Of a stretch of DNA of 64,000 nucleotides, positions 13,526-27,482 are shown piece by piece. A program made the position numbers and the translations under genes. Numbering within the stretch: position 1 is the stretch's first letter; each line of letters opens with the position of its first letter. Location: positions 13,702,001-13,766,000 of the forward strand of contig NC_043024.1 of NCBI RefSeq assembly GCF_006345805.1. The letters are read 5' to 3'. The notes under the pieces are model-generated. The model ran no database searches and was not told the origin of the DNA. It saw nothing but the letters and a program-made list of their open reading frames with translations. This DNA is from Octopus sinensis. Its lineage: Eukaryota.

Positions 13526-13904
13526 TTCATCTATGCACAAACGCGCATACAGGTATGTTCACAGGCTCACACATGCACACACACACACACGCACCTCCCC
13601 ACACATCCCCCCCACATATATATATATTTAACAGTATCAGCGCCAAGTAGTGATTAGGTGTACGCGCACTTAAGGTTAGTCAAAATGTGTTTATTAAAGG
13701 TGTAAAAACCTCATATACGTAGCGTATTCCCAGACGGGGCCTTTCTGCATCTTTAGCAAATATGGTGTTTTATACACAAATTCGAATGGAAAAGATTTTC
13801 TTTTCTCTCAGGGAATTTGCCTTTACAAGTTCAGATACGTCACAAACATATTTTAACAAACTTAAAATTCGCATATATACATCGACCTTTAGCTCATACA
13901 CGCA

Positions 13905-14072
13905 TTTTTTTCTCTCCTTGTTTCTTTTCTGTGTATAACTCTGTCGAAGAGCGTAAGCTCGAAACGTAAAAGACTTGTTCTATTTCTATTCCTGAGCGTC
14001 ATACTAAAACATTTGTTTGTTTGTACTCCACCTGCCTTCGTCTTTTGTTTATTTTTGTAAACCTTCCCGTTA
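13905..14072 (+). mobile_element. Short PLE-like repeat with minimal hammerhead-like motif (copy 1)
   Basis: ctgtcga-a-gagc-gtaa-gctc-gaaa-cgta at 13941-13968; homologous to 21955-22098; ends in (TA)n. Confidence 0.6.
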
Positions 14073-14091
14073 TATATATATATATATATAT

Positions 14092-14765
14092 ATTAGAAGA
14101 AATGAGGTAATCAGAAGATCGGATGGTTCATATTTACAGATATTTATTTATATATTACATGTTTTACATATATATATATATATCATATCATTCAGATCAT
14201 TAGCGCTTTCTCCCATTCTAGTGGGGTTTTCAAATCAAAATAATTCCTTTGGTGGGGAGGAACAAGACAGCACAAGAGGGTGAAGTGGATGAGGAGGAAG
14301 TGAGACAGAGAGAACATGTGTGTATGTGTGTGTGTGTGTGCATTTGTATCTGAGGCTAAAGAGAAAGAGGGGAAGGGAGAGGGAAGAAGAAGGATTTCCT
14401 TTGGCCTGCTCGACCCGCAAGGGAGTTCTAAGAATTTTAGTTTTCGTCCATTTTAGTGTCACTGAGTGTGTGTTGGTGGGTAGGCAGCTCATAAATTACA
14501 CCTTTTATGATTTTGAGGATGGTCAAATGCCATTTGGGGTCTAAGAACTCTTTCTACTTTGTATGATCGTTTTGTGGAGGTGTGTGTGTTGTTCTCTGTG
14601 TGTCCGTGTGTGTTTGTGTGTGTGTGTGTGTGCATGTGTGTGTCTCTCTGTGTGTTTGGAGAAGGGGAGAGAGAAAAAAAGAGAAAAGGGAAAATAAAAA
14701 TAAAAATAAAAATAAAAATAAGGGAGGAAGGGGAGAAGAAAAATTTGTGTTGATATTTATACCAT

Positions 14766-14809
<44 letters not shown>

Positions 14810-15273
14810 CTTATACATGAAATATTTGAAAAAAAACCTTTTATCGGTTCAAAATGAACAACCAAATTACACCATCTTGAAAATTGTATGTCATAGGAAA
14901 GTTAAAATTAAAGTGACAATTAAAAAGTAAAGATAGAGTTAAATTATAAAAATAATGTATATAACAGGCAATGTATATATACATACACACATATATATAT
15001 ACCCATACAGACATATACTAAATGTTCTACTATATTAGATTGTAAATCGAAAGATGCGTCCTTCAATGTCACTATATATATATATATAGAAGCTTACACA
15101 TGAAATATTAGAAATAAAACCACCTTCTATCGAATCAAAATGAACAATCAAATTACACCATCTTGAAAATTGCATATCATAGGAAGGTTAAAATTAGAAT
15201 AACAATTGGCAAGTAAAGATCAAGTAAATTACAAAACCAATATAATGTATATAACAGTAACATATATAACAAA

Positions 15274-15317
<44 letters not shown>

Positions 15318-15777
15318 TTAAATGTTCTACTATATTTATGTAAATCGAAAGATTTGTCCTTCAATGTATGTTGAGTAAAGTTTCAGCCATTAATTTGGGG
15401 GAGAACTTAGCTATGACATATTTTTCCATATTCCTCCTGAAAGAGGTGTCGTTCTTCGGACACTTGTAGAAGGGAAAGATCTTAAATTTTCCTTCTCCAC
15501 ATGTAGCTAGGTGTGTACTTAGTGGTATTTTGCGTAGTTCTTCCTGCCGAATATGTTGCCGGTGAATCCTGGCTCGCTGGCACAAAGAATTACCATAAAA
15601 TGATAAAATGATTAAAATTCCTCACAAAGGAATTATTTGATTTGAAAACTCCACTAGAATGGGAGAAAGCGCTAATGATCTGAATGATATGATATATATA
15701 TGTAAAAAATGTAATACATAAATAAATATCTGTAAATATGAACCATCCGATCTTCTGATTACGTCATTTATTCTAAT
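14092..15777 (-). mobile_element. 5'-truncated Penelope-like element with inverted terminal copy
   Basis: 14092-14258 and ~15618-15777 are ~160-bp inverted repeats. GIY-YIG C-terminal ORF fragment at 15361-15585. Internal direct duplication (~14810-15068 vs ~15092-15367). TA-rich flanks. Confidence 0.8.
15361..15585 (-). pseudogene. PLE GIY-YIG endonuclease C-terminal fragment
   Basis: RIHRQHIR...PLSTHLATC...FKIFPFYK...RRNMEKYVIAKFSPKL fits the PLE endonuclease pattern R-H...H...C...E..I..F.P.LN. Confidence 0.75.
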
Positions 15778-15829
15778 ATATAATACCTGTATATCATCTC
15801 CAAACCTTCCAATATATATATATATGTAC

Positions 15830-16180
15830 TCTTACTTATTTCAGTCATTTGACTGCGGCCTTGCTGGAGCAAAACCTTCAATCGAGCAAATCGACCTCAG
15901 AGATTAATCTTTGTAAGCCTAGTACTTATTCTATCGGCGTCCTTTGCCTAACTGCTAAGTTACGGAGACATAACCCCACCGGCATAGGTTGTCAAGCGAT
16001 GTAGGGGGCACAAACACAGACGCACAAATACATACACACATACACATATACTACGAGCGTCTTCCAGTTTCCGTCTATCAAATCCACTCGCAAGGATGTG
16101 GTCGGTCCGAGGCTATAATAGAAGACACTTGCCCAAGGTGTCAGTTGAGGGATTGAACTCGGGACCACGATGTGGTTGCT
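15830..16180 (-). mobile_element. SINE family B, near full length, diverged
   Basis: Colinear with 53791-54208. Confidence 0.85.
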
Positions 16181-16199
16181 CATTAAGCTAAGAAAAAGA

Positions 16200-17005
16200 C
16201 ATATAGGGAGATAATTGCCAATTCATGTATCTTACAGTAAATGGGAGGTAAATCTGTAATTTTAGCTTTGGTCTGTATTTTATTTTGGATTTATATCTTA
16301 CAATAAATGTGGTAAGTCTTTTATTTTTAATATGGGTTCATATTTAATTCAGGCTTATATTTTTGAATGCATGAGGACCCTGTATACAGTCTTGCTTGGT
16401 GTGAGGACCAGAAATGTAGTTGCTAAAATGAGAAAATTACGAATTATTCTTGTAATCGTTCTGCACATTCGTCAATGTTTTGACTGTGATATATTTGGCG
16501 ATATTTCTTTGTTGATTCGTTCTGCTATTTCTTCTGAATATTGGTCCAGCACAAAACGGATTTCTTCTTTTCACTTGCGCCTCCCAAAACCATATTTACG
16601 TAATCAGATGCTCGGGCTGCCATCGAAACTATATTCGTTCGACAGGAATGTCGGTCAGAAGGACACGTACTGTCCACAGACAAAAATATTCTCCCCCACA
16701 ATATCGTCATATATATCTCAATCAACACACCTACAAATATCCAGAAGGATTACAATCACAAATCGTTATTTTCCCATTTTCTCTAATTGCTTTCAGGTCC
16801 TCAGACGTAAGACTGAATAAACAAGCCTCATTTATTAAAAGGCATAAACCAGAAAGAAATATGAACCCATATTAAAAATATAATACTTACCCCATCTAAT
16901 GTAAGATATAAGCCAGAATAAAATACAGACCAAATTAAAAATTACAGATTTACCTGCATTTTACTGTGAAATACCTGAGGGAACAATAATCTTGCCTAGC
17001 AATAT
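16200..17005. mobile_element. Foldback/MITE-like element with ~300-bp diverged inverted arms
   Basis: aggtaaatctgtaatttt...ttttaatatgggttcatattt (16247-16344) pairs with aaatatgaacccatattaaaa...aaaattacagatttacct (16857-16955). Homology continues inward to ~16505/16695. Confidence 0.7.
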
Positions 17006-17206
17006 GATGCTTTCTCTGTTTGATGAAGGTTGTAAAAACTGTTCGTTCTTTGATTATTTTGCAAGAACGAAATCCTATTTTGTACAAAATGGTATAATAT
17101 CTTTATTATTATGACTCTAGTATACTCTCTAATCCTGTCTATAATCTTTATATGCTCTTCAATCCTGTAAAACAAATCTTCTGTGCATTTTCGTCTTTTC
17201 TCTTTC

Positions 17207-17259
<53 letters not shown>

Positions 17260-17472
17260 AGTTTGTGCATGCATGTGTGTGTATGCATAAACACACATAT
17301 ATACATGTATATATATAAATATACATATACAAATATATATATATGTAAATATATGCACATATATATATACACATATATATATACATATATATATACATAC
17401 ATATATTACATATATATCATACATATATACATATATATATTCATACATATATATATATATATATATGCACTT

Positions 17473-17507
<35 letters not shown>

Positions 17508-17559
17508 CTTACATATATATATATATATGTGTGCGCGTTCATATATATAGTGGTTATCT

Positions 17560-17715
17560 ACTCCTTATGCATAGTTTGACCACCTCTTGTGCGTATACTA
17601 TCATGGCATCTAATGCGGCTTTTTAAACCATACAATGTTTTGAAGAGACACCCGCATAGATTGCATATCCAATTTGGATCACCAGCAATGAATATTGCAA
17701 AGATTGTGGGTAAAT
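17560..17715 (-). mobile_element. RTE-like LINE 3' fragment (C2H2 zinc-finger tail)
   Basis: [23 protein letters not shown] resembles the CxxC...GLxSHxRxH terminus of RTE ORFs. Confidence 0.5.
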
Positions 17716-17825
17716 CTCCATTTTCCACAATGCACTTCCATCTATCTGGTAAACTAGCAAGGCTCCTCTTCACAATTAGTTCCTCCGTTACGAATAATAC
17801 TTCTTCGGTACTGTTCTGAGCTCGT
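17716..17825 (-). mobile_element. Mariner transposase C-terminal fragment
   Basis: STEEV...LASLPDRWKCIVENGD matches the mariner LPxRWxKCxxxxGD motif. Confidence 0.6.
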
Positions 17826-19145
17826 CTACAGAATTCATATGTTTCCATCAAAATGATTTCGAAAACCGTGGAATAAATGATAATCAGCAATTACTAATTT
17901 TTTTAGAATGTTGGCACTGGTAGTGTATTCCGTCCCCCTCTGACTTTTAGTTCAGGCAATTGAAACAACCGCATTATTCATAGGATGACCCAATCTATAC
18001 TTAGCTAAGCTGGACCAGTCTGTGGGAAATATTGAGCGAGGAATCTTCATAAACATGCATAAAATCAGTTTTTCATATACATACAAAGTAATTTTCAATA
18101 GCTTTTTCACAACACAGTACGACAAACGCTACTCTGCCTAGAATCGCAATGAAAATGGGAACATGCACACATGAACCCACGAGGTTGCCTGTACAGTATG
18201 AAGGTCATTCTAAACAGTGTAAAACATTTACTGGTTTCGATAACGCATCGTTTAACCATGACTCACGATTATCACTTAATTTTCCACCAAACACAAACTT
18301 CACAACATACGCCTGAATTTAGAAAACATGAAGCATTTATAAACAGATTTCTTATGGAAAAGATTTCTGGAAGCCACGCGAGTATAAAGGCACATTAAAC
18401 AAGAACAGGTGATTTTTACATTTAGCCAAGGACATTAATTATCAGCTGAAAGTGTATTCAATATTTTTGTATCACAAAATATAGTGAAAGAAATAAAGAC
18501 AAGACGAGCCTCAACTAAATAAATAATAAGTCTGCTGACGGACCTAATTTCGGTGTGAATTGAAACACTTGTGACAAACATTGTACAAACCTTGTGAAGT
18601 GGAACGATCCGACTAGTTTCATTGTTAAATGACCGCTGTCAATTATTGATCACACATCGATCGCGTTTCCTTATATTGTTGATTACAGGAGATGAATGAC
18701 TCATAATGAGTCTTTACAGAAATACACATGCCCACATACGACCACTCATACATACACCCAGACACATATACAAAGTGGCAAAAACGCGTACTTTAAAAGC
18801 ATCTGAGTTTGCAGGCAAAATATTCTAACAAAAAAATTAACTATATTTATAAATAATAAGCGAATAAATCGAAGTAGCGGAAACGATAACAAGTTAAAGA
18901 ATTTATAAATTACCTTTCTTCTAGAATAAGATATCGCGAATGTAAATAAGTAATTCTCTCAAAGTAAAGGAACATAATATACATACATACATACGTGTGT
19001 GCGCGCGTGTGTGTATTTATATGTATAAAGATAAAACAAAATTAAAAGCACATAGACAACAGTAGCAACAAAAACATCAATAAAAGAGCACAAAATTTCA
19101 ATACCCACAACAAAACTTTAAAAGAATGCATTTAATCAAAGTCTC

Positions 19146-19370
19146 ATTATTATTATTATTATTATTAATATTATTACTGTTATTATTATTATTATTACTG
19201 TTATTGTTATTATTATTTTATTTAATTTTTTTAATTTTATCTAGTTTCAACTCACAAGATGTGGCCATGGTGGTGCACCGCCATTATTATTATATTATTA
19301 TTATCATTATTATTATTACCATTATTATTATTATTATTATTGTTATTATTATTATTATCATCATCATCAT

Positions 19371-19406
<36 letters not shown>

Positions 19407-19470
19407 TATTATTATTATTATTATCATTATTATTATTAATATTATTATTATGATCATCATTATTATTATA

Positions 19471-19505
<35 letters not shown>

Positions 19506-19590
19506 TATTTTTATCATCATCACCATCATCATCATCATAATCATCATCATCATTATTATTATTATTATTATTATCATCATTATTGTTGTT
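19146..19590. repeat. Compound (TTA)n/(TCA)n microsatellite
   Basis: Direct inspection. Confidence 0.95.
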
Positions 19591-19858
19591 TATTTTCTTT
19601 TTTCCTGAGAATAAATAAGTAGAATAGAATATTAATCATTTTATGTTGCCAACCATTCGCAATCTTGAAACATTAAGCGCAAGGCAGGCCGGGAAATTTT
19701 GAGACAATAGATGTTTAATTACCTGCTCGGGATCCAACATGATGGAAAGTAAACATAAAACTTATCTCGTGTGAATTTTCTATTTTTCCTATTTAATTAG
19801 CCAGTCTGTTGCAGATCTGTACTCCGCGCACACATGCTGTCAACACGCACAACACCTT

Positions 19859-19937
<79 letters not shown>

Positions 19938-20939
19938 GATATATAGTTATATGTATATATATATAATTATATATAATATGTTTTATATATATATATATAT
20001 ATAATCAATATATATGTATATGTATATGTATGTATATTTATGTATATATATATATATATACACACGCGTATATATGTTATATATTAATATACACACACAT
20101 ATGTATATATACGTACCTTTTCATATGTTATTTATTACATATATACATATACATATGTATGTATGTATATGCGTATGCACAGATACCTATAAATATATGT
20201 GTATGTATATGCAACGTATGCATAAGTATGTGTATGTCTATGTTCGTGCGGGCGTATATGTGTATGTATGTGTGTGTATAAATAATCTATAATTTCGAAA
20301 TATGTGATTTTATATAATTTTTTTCTCCTATTTTTCACTTGCTTATATACACAGAACGTTTCAGAAAGCAATTAAAAGGGCGTATGAATCATTTAATTTC
20401 ATTAAACTCGGAATAAAATATTTAGCTTCAGTAAATGACTGCCGTGTATGTTAGGAAAAAAATAATATGTACAGCAAACACAAGGGAACATTAAATGTTT
20501 TTGCGTCGCAGTTGAGGTTTTTCATTGTCGCGCTTGTGTGTTTTGTCTTGTTGGCTTAAAATTAAGCTAATTTTCCGGGTCTAAATCCCTAGAGACGCTA
20601 ACAAATTGTAAAGAAACCCGATGGTTATCGAATTATTGACATAAAATTTATTGTTATGTGCCTGTGCACACAAACACACACACATACATGCACATATACA
20701 CACACACATACATGCACATATACACACACACATACATGCACATATACACACACATACATGGACATATACACACGCACATACATGCACATATGTGCGAATA
20801 AGATTTATGCAGTGTTTGTGCAATTATAAATGGAAATGTGCCAATGTCGCAAGTAAACAACAGCCGTAAAACTACACATAAAATCGTACAACAATATATA
20901 TATATGAAAACATACGTTCATACATACACACGTTTATAT

Positions 20940-20992
<53 letters not shown>

Positions 20993-21954
20993 TTTACATC
21001 GATATACACAAAATATATATTGAGTTGCGAGACGAAGTGATAAAACTACGAAGATTTATTAAGAGAATATTTGATATATAAGCATGATGGTCCATAAAAT
21101 TCATAAGGCTACATACTGTACCATCTGTAGGTAACAACTGCTGCTGTTAGAGACTTGCCATAAAAAAGCGACTGTGTGTTCATTTCTTATTATTTCCCCA
21201 GTGTTAAGTTTTGCTATAAGTTTAAACTAAGAAGTTCGCTTGCTGTGTTGCCCTGGAAATAATTTTAAAGAATTGATTTGCTTCTTGTAAGATGTTGCAT
21301 ATACTAGACTGAATCTAACTAATCAATGAAGTTTATTAATCGTCTCAAATATATACGATGAAACCTTGTTTGATTTCAATCCTTAGTAGTTTCGAAAATA
21401 TTCAAACTGAAATCATAAAATATTTAATCAAGCAACCGACAGCTAATCCCTGAAATTCCTGGCCTAATTATAGCTATTACTTTAATACAATATACAGACA
21501 TACAAGTGTAGCACATAAGGTGACATACTGAGCAGTAATTAATCTCGGTTGTTAATTACCGAGCTCAAATCCTACCAGTGAGTTTCGACATCAAAGACTT
21601 CAGAGAAATTAATTCAATGGAATATTCAATCTTGAAGTAATTCGTCACAAAATACTATTATATTTAAATAGAAACATTATGCAGTTCGCTTTAGCCATGG
21701 ACATGTTCAAAACTGCTTGTTTCTAACCTCGTATTCAGCGCAAACACCCACCCCTAAATTATTAGATTCTAATTGCGTTTTAATATATATCGATTCACAT
21801 AATTCTTTATGATTTAATTTGTCATTAAAGCCATGATGTAAAACAGTTGTGCTGTCTTGAGGATGGTAGGCAAGGTACTATTGTGTTGAACCATAACGTG
21901 ACGCATAGATGTTAATCGATAATGAAGATTCTAACTTTAGGTCAATTCCCTCCT

Positions 21955-22098
21955 ACTTTCTTTCTCTGTTCATTTCTGTGGAAGAGCGTAGGCTCGAAAC
22001 GTTAAAGACTTTTCCACTTCCCGAGCGTTAAACTAATACATTTGTTAGTAGTCTACACCACCTGTCTTCGACTTTGCTTTTGTTGTGAATTTCCCCTA
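21955..22098 (+). mobile_element. Short PLE-like repeat with minimal hammerhead-like motif (copy 2)
   Basis: ctgtgga-a-gagc-gtag-gctc-gaaa-cgtt at 21976-22003; downstream homologous to 13970-14070; ends in (TA)n. Confidence 0.6.
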
Positions 22099-22110
22099 TA
22101 TATATAACTA

Positions 22111-22187
<77 letters not shown>

Positions 22188-22344
22188 TGTTAAATGTGTG
22201 TGTACATGCATGCATATCAACTTTATACATATACAGACACACATGCCTTGGAAATAAATCGTAGTTCGCAATCGGATAACACCAAAGAAGCAAAAATATG
22301 CGAAGTTACCTTACCTTCTGCCTCTCACCACCATCTCTCTCCTC

Positions 22345-22403
<59 letters not shown>

Positions 22404-23069
22404 AATATATGCATACATAAACATATTCAATCATAAACCCCCATGTTTCTATACTTGTAATGTGCGAAGTAATATACTTAGGTCTCCGTGCTCGTAAGCG
22501 TATGTACGTTGGTGAGAATTAGGACGAAGTTTCAAGTATTTACAAGGAAATATCAAAACCACATCGTTGTGTGTGTTTAAAAAGCCTGATGGAAGAAATG
22601 TACCATTTCTCTTTTATATCCTTATGCCAACGTGAAAGACCTCAGGGCAGGTTATATTGCACCTTTATGAGGATGGAAACTGTTGAAAGCGTACATTGTA
22701 ATCACTTTACAATTCATAAAGAATGGTATTGTAATATTTTCCTCCTCATATGAGTTTTGTGTATTGTTGTCTAAGTTGAAGTCTCGATGTTCATCGCGGT
22801 AATAAATATCACATGGCATAAACAAACAGTCTATATTACGTAGAACTCGCCAGACGCTTTTGGGAGGATAACATAGGTGATATCTGGTTTCAATTTAGGA
22901 TGGAAATTAGTTCATTTGAAGTATTTAAGCAAACAGTCGGAATCACTTCTTCCAATATATGAGAGATTTTTGGTTGGCGGTGGAAACGGAGACGGAAATA
23001 GGCAATGTATGTCAATGACGATTAAATGTGTTACTCTTCAGATGTATTTACAAGTATCTACCTTAAATT

Positions 23070-23107
23070 CTATCTATCTATCTATCTATCTATCTATTAT
23101 CTATCAT

Positions 23108-23180
<73 letters not shown>

Positions 23181-23367
23181 ATGTCTTACTATCTATCTAT
23201 CTATCTATATATATTATATATATCTATCTATATGTCTTACTATCTATCTACCTATGTATCTATCTATCTAACTATCTATCTATCTATCATTGTATATTAT
23301 ATATCATAATATATTATATATATCTGTCTGTCTGTCCTGTCTGTCTATCTATCTATCTATAGTCTTA

Positions 23368-23399
<32 letters not shown>

Positions 23400-23625
23400 A
23401 TATATATATATATATATCTATATGTCTTACTATCTATCTACCTATGTATCTATCTATCTAACTATCTATCTATCTATCTATGTATCTATCTATCTAACTA
23501 TCTATCTATCTATCTATCTACTATGTATCTATCTATCTATCTATCTATCTAATTATCTATATATCTATATATCTATCTATCTTTCTGCATGTCTGTCGCT
23601 CTGTCTGTCTGTCTGTCTGTATGTC
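23070..23625. repeat. (TATC)n/(TGTC)n compound tetranucleotide repeat
   Basis: Direct inspection. Confidence 0.95.
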
Positions 23626-24512
23626 TCTATGTCTCTCTGCCTGTCTGCCTGGGTGTCTGGTTTTCTGTTTGTCTTTCAGTGTGTCTGTCTTTCTATCATT
23701 CAGTCTATCTGTCCCTCTGACTATTTCTGTGTCTTCCTCTCCGCCTCTCTTCTTAGCTTCCTCGTCACCTGATATTTGTCTATTGATCTGTATACTTTTC
23801 TATGTGGTGTATATATACATTAATTCGCGAGCCTATCAATCAATCTATATATTTATTTATTTATCTATCTGTCTGTTTTACTATCGATCTATATATTTAT
23901 ATGTCTTTCTAATTATCTCTCTATCTACCTATACAGCCATCTATGTGTAGTTATGCGTGTTTATACAACGTGCAGAAAGATAAGCAGACACGTTCATTCT
24001 ATACTAAATACGTAATAAAATAAATATACTTCACTTAAAGAATAACTAACCATCTTAAGAAACGAAATAGTTCTGGCTGCCAAAAAAGCAGGTATCAGAT
24101 AGCAATAAAGATGTCTCTTTTTATTATCACAGACATATTATTAAATGATATATTATCTATATGCAGAAGTATAACTATATATGCCCAGGTTCGAATATAC
24201 TGCGCAGAAAAGTGATGAAGTTTCATTTGTAAAAACTGAAGGTTGATGAAATACAATAAGGAAGAAATGTGTTTGCCGAAAACCCTACGACAGTGTGTCA
24301 TATTGATTGGTTGCCGTGAATCTTTAAATATCTTCACCCACGTTTCCATTTTCTTTTGATTACTGCCATGCTGTAGCACCACCTTGAAAAATATTATTCA
24401 AAATAGACCCCAGAAATTATTCTATCATCCATAATTGCCGAACCGCTGGTTACGGAAACGTAAGCATATCAACACCGGTTGTTATGCGGTTGTGCCGGAC
24501 AAACACGTACAC

Positions 24513-24551
<39 letters not shown>

Positions 24552-25474
24552 TATATATATAGATTTGCTTGTTAATACGTGTGTATATAGTATATATATA
24601 TATATATATATATATAGTGTGTGTATGGGTGTGGTGTGCTGTGCATCTATATATATAAGACGAAAAATATGGGCGAGTATGTCTACGCACGCGCGTGTGT
24701 CTATGTGACAGGTCATTTACTTGAAACCCCATAAAATCAACATTTTGCATCCGATTTCGTTCACGTTTGGCACATACATCACTTATGTTCCACAGATAGT
24801 ACTACTCTCTTCAGACTTTTCATTTATGGAGTAATATGAAGTAATAGGGGAATTGGGCTGTCAGAAAAACCTCCTCTCCATTCCTGCATTATGTTTTTTG
24901 GGAGGTGGCGCTTTGCGTAGTAACATTCAGAATTTGATTATCTCCGTTACATTTGTATTCCTGCGTAAACCTTGACGCTCCCACTAGCCGCTATTTATAT
25001 TGTGCTGCATTTTGTAGCGCTTTTCCATCTTGCTACACACACTCACAATATCTCAGATTGTTTAATCTTCGCTACACCACATCCTGCAAAGGGGTAATTC
25101 GCTGTTCTTATCTATTTGGAATTTGGTATTATTAATGCTTCAGATCACTTTTTCTTAGCCATCTCCATGTGTTGATCTTCTCTATTCCCTCGATTACTCT
25201 GAGGTGTTTCCCATGCAGCGGTTTAATTTTACATTTGTAATTCCTTCTTCTTCATCTTGCTACTAGAATGTCTGTAGGCGCATCACATTTTCGGTAAGAA
25301 TTATATTGTAAATTCTAACAGCGCCAAGCAAGGATTCGCTTGCTGTTTTGTAGCATCTTCGACTCTTCTTCTCCTTGGCAACACGGTGAAGTAAAATCTG
25401 GGATGGTACTTATTATTATTATTATTATTATTAGTCGTAGTAGTAGTAGTAGTAGTATTACTACTACTATTATT

Positions 25475-25516
<42 letters not shown>

Positions 25517-25529
25517 GTTATTATTTTTT

Positions 25530-25835
25530 TCATATATAGCGGCCTTACTACCTGCAGCCTACGGTACCATGCTATCCGTTCTTTTCAGCTATTTAATACT
25601 TTCCTGATTATTGGGTCCGTGGCAAGGAGCCAAATCTTTTGTAACAGTTCTACTGGACACTCTATTACAATTTCCTTCATATTCCACTTCGTGCCTTCTG
25701 ATACTATTCTTAAGGATACTATAATATTTGGGACTTTCTTCACCTTCTTCATTTTCCATAGCCGGGCTAATCCGTACTTAAGTGGTTTATATCTATTCAT
25801 TTTTCGTCTTTCCTTCTTGACTATTCGTCGGTAAA
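25530..25835 (-). mobile_element. R4/Dong-clade non-LTR retrotransposon 3' end (restriction-like endonuclease C-terminus)
   Basis: RYKPLKYGLARLWKMKKVKKVPNIIVSLRIV...ELLQKIWLLATDPIIRKVL matches the KY..L...LW....VP.I.G.LG...LQK..LLGTA.ILR.VL terminus. The 3' end runs into (TAA)n. Confidence 0.75.
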
Positions 25836-25999
25836 AGGGTCATGCAACATCAACTATAAAACATATTATTATAGTTGTTATTGTTTTTGTTGCCGTTGTT
25901 GTTGTTATTTTCGAGACACTCAGTTTTCCTTGGCTTTTATTGCAATCTGTTGAAACAAATCCATCTGCAAGCAATGACAATATGTACAACTAAATATAT

Positions 26000-26900
26000 T
26001 TTAACCTATACACAATAGCTGTTATTTTTTCATTAGCTCTCTCTAGATATATTCTCCTTCACTGAAATTTCTTGACGATATGAAAATTTCCATTGCATAA
26101 CATTTTTCTCCCTTCCATACAATATGTATAATCCCAATATATAATGGACGAAAATATTGTTTTTATTAGCAAATCTCTAGCACATTTCCATTAATATTAA
26201 AGGAGGGAGCACTTTCTGGATCTAGTGGGCCTTTGCAACAACCACCAGGCCAATATTTACATATAACATTGTATATAGGTTAAGAGCAATGATGAATTTC
26301 ATTGTAGCGAGGTATATCGCAGCCATTTTTCTTTTTAACAATTGCTGATGATATAGATTATATCAGACACATCACGATAGACATTTTCTTTCTCAATCGA
26401 AAGATCCTTATTTTTGTTCCTGATTATGCATTCTGTAGTTGTTTCCTTTTCCTTTATAACAAAAGTGAAGCCTTCTATTTCAGATTATATTTATCTATCA
26501 CGGGGTCAGTTGCAGCTGCTGGTTCTATCAATGTTGACGGCATTCGCTATTATGTAGGCTACGTACATAAGCAAAATATTCTCTACGATTAGAATGAATA
26601 TTTCTCCTCCAGTCCTCCGATTAGGTCAGCCTTGACACTCTTGGTTCAAAGTGCACAGCTTTACATTCAGGATGTTGATTCGTGTGTTTTTCACGTAATA
26701 AGATATTATATTCACTGTCTAGGATATCCGTGATGTAAAAGACAGCTCTCTTCGTGCTCGTTAAACAAGCAATGCTTCACTGATACGATACGGCATTCAA
26801 AGCCGTTTGGACTGATGTTGCTTTTCGCTTCGTTCGCAATCTTAGCATGGTTAATCTGCTTCTTTCACTGTTGATATGAAAGTTCCATTTTGTTGTTAAT
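26000..26900 (-). mobile_element. Possible highly decayed LINE reverse transcriptase remnant
   Basis: Minus-strand FNINGNVLE followed shortly by YILG, resembling the INGxxLExVxxFxYLG RT motif; many stop codons. Confidence 0.3.
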
Positions 26901-27009
26901 ATCGTTCTATTTCTAAGGTGGTCAGCTGGCATAAACGTTAGCACGCCGAACAAAATGCTTAGCGGTATCTCGTCTGCCGCTACGTTCTGAGTTCAAATTC
27001 CGCCGTTTG

Positions 27010-27372
27010 AGGCATTTGGCTACCGTCATAATGGAACACCGCCTTTTCTTGAAGAAATCCATCTCAAGTACTTAGTCTATCTATCCTCTTGTTCTATCGG
27101 TCTCTTTTGCTAAACTGCTAAGTTTCAGGGACATAAACTCACCAAAGTATTATCAGGCGATGACTGGGAAACACACATAGACACAAAGACACAACACATA
27201 GATATATATCCATATATATATATTCAGTTTCCGTCTACGAAATCTTCGCAAAATGCATTGGTGGGCCCGAGGCTATAGTAGAAAACACAAACACATGGTA
27301 CCAATCAGTGGGACTGGACCTGGAACCATGTGGTTGGGAAGCAAGCTTCTTACCACACAGCTAAGCCTGCGC
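27010..27372 (-). mobile_element. SINE family B, diverged, abutting a family A head (26917-27005, +)
   Basis: Colinear with 53791-54208. Upstream aggtggtcagctggcataaacgttagcacgcc...gagttcaaattccgcc is the family A head. Confidence 0.75.
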
Positions 27373-27419
27373 TTATGTATGTGTGTGTGTGTGTGTATGT
27401 GTGTGTGCGTGTGTGTGTA

Positions 27420-27482
<63 letters not shown>

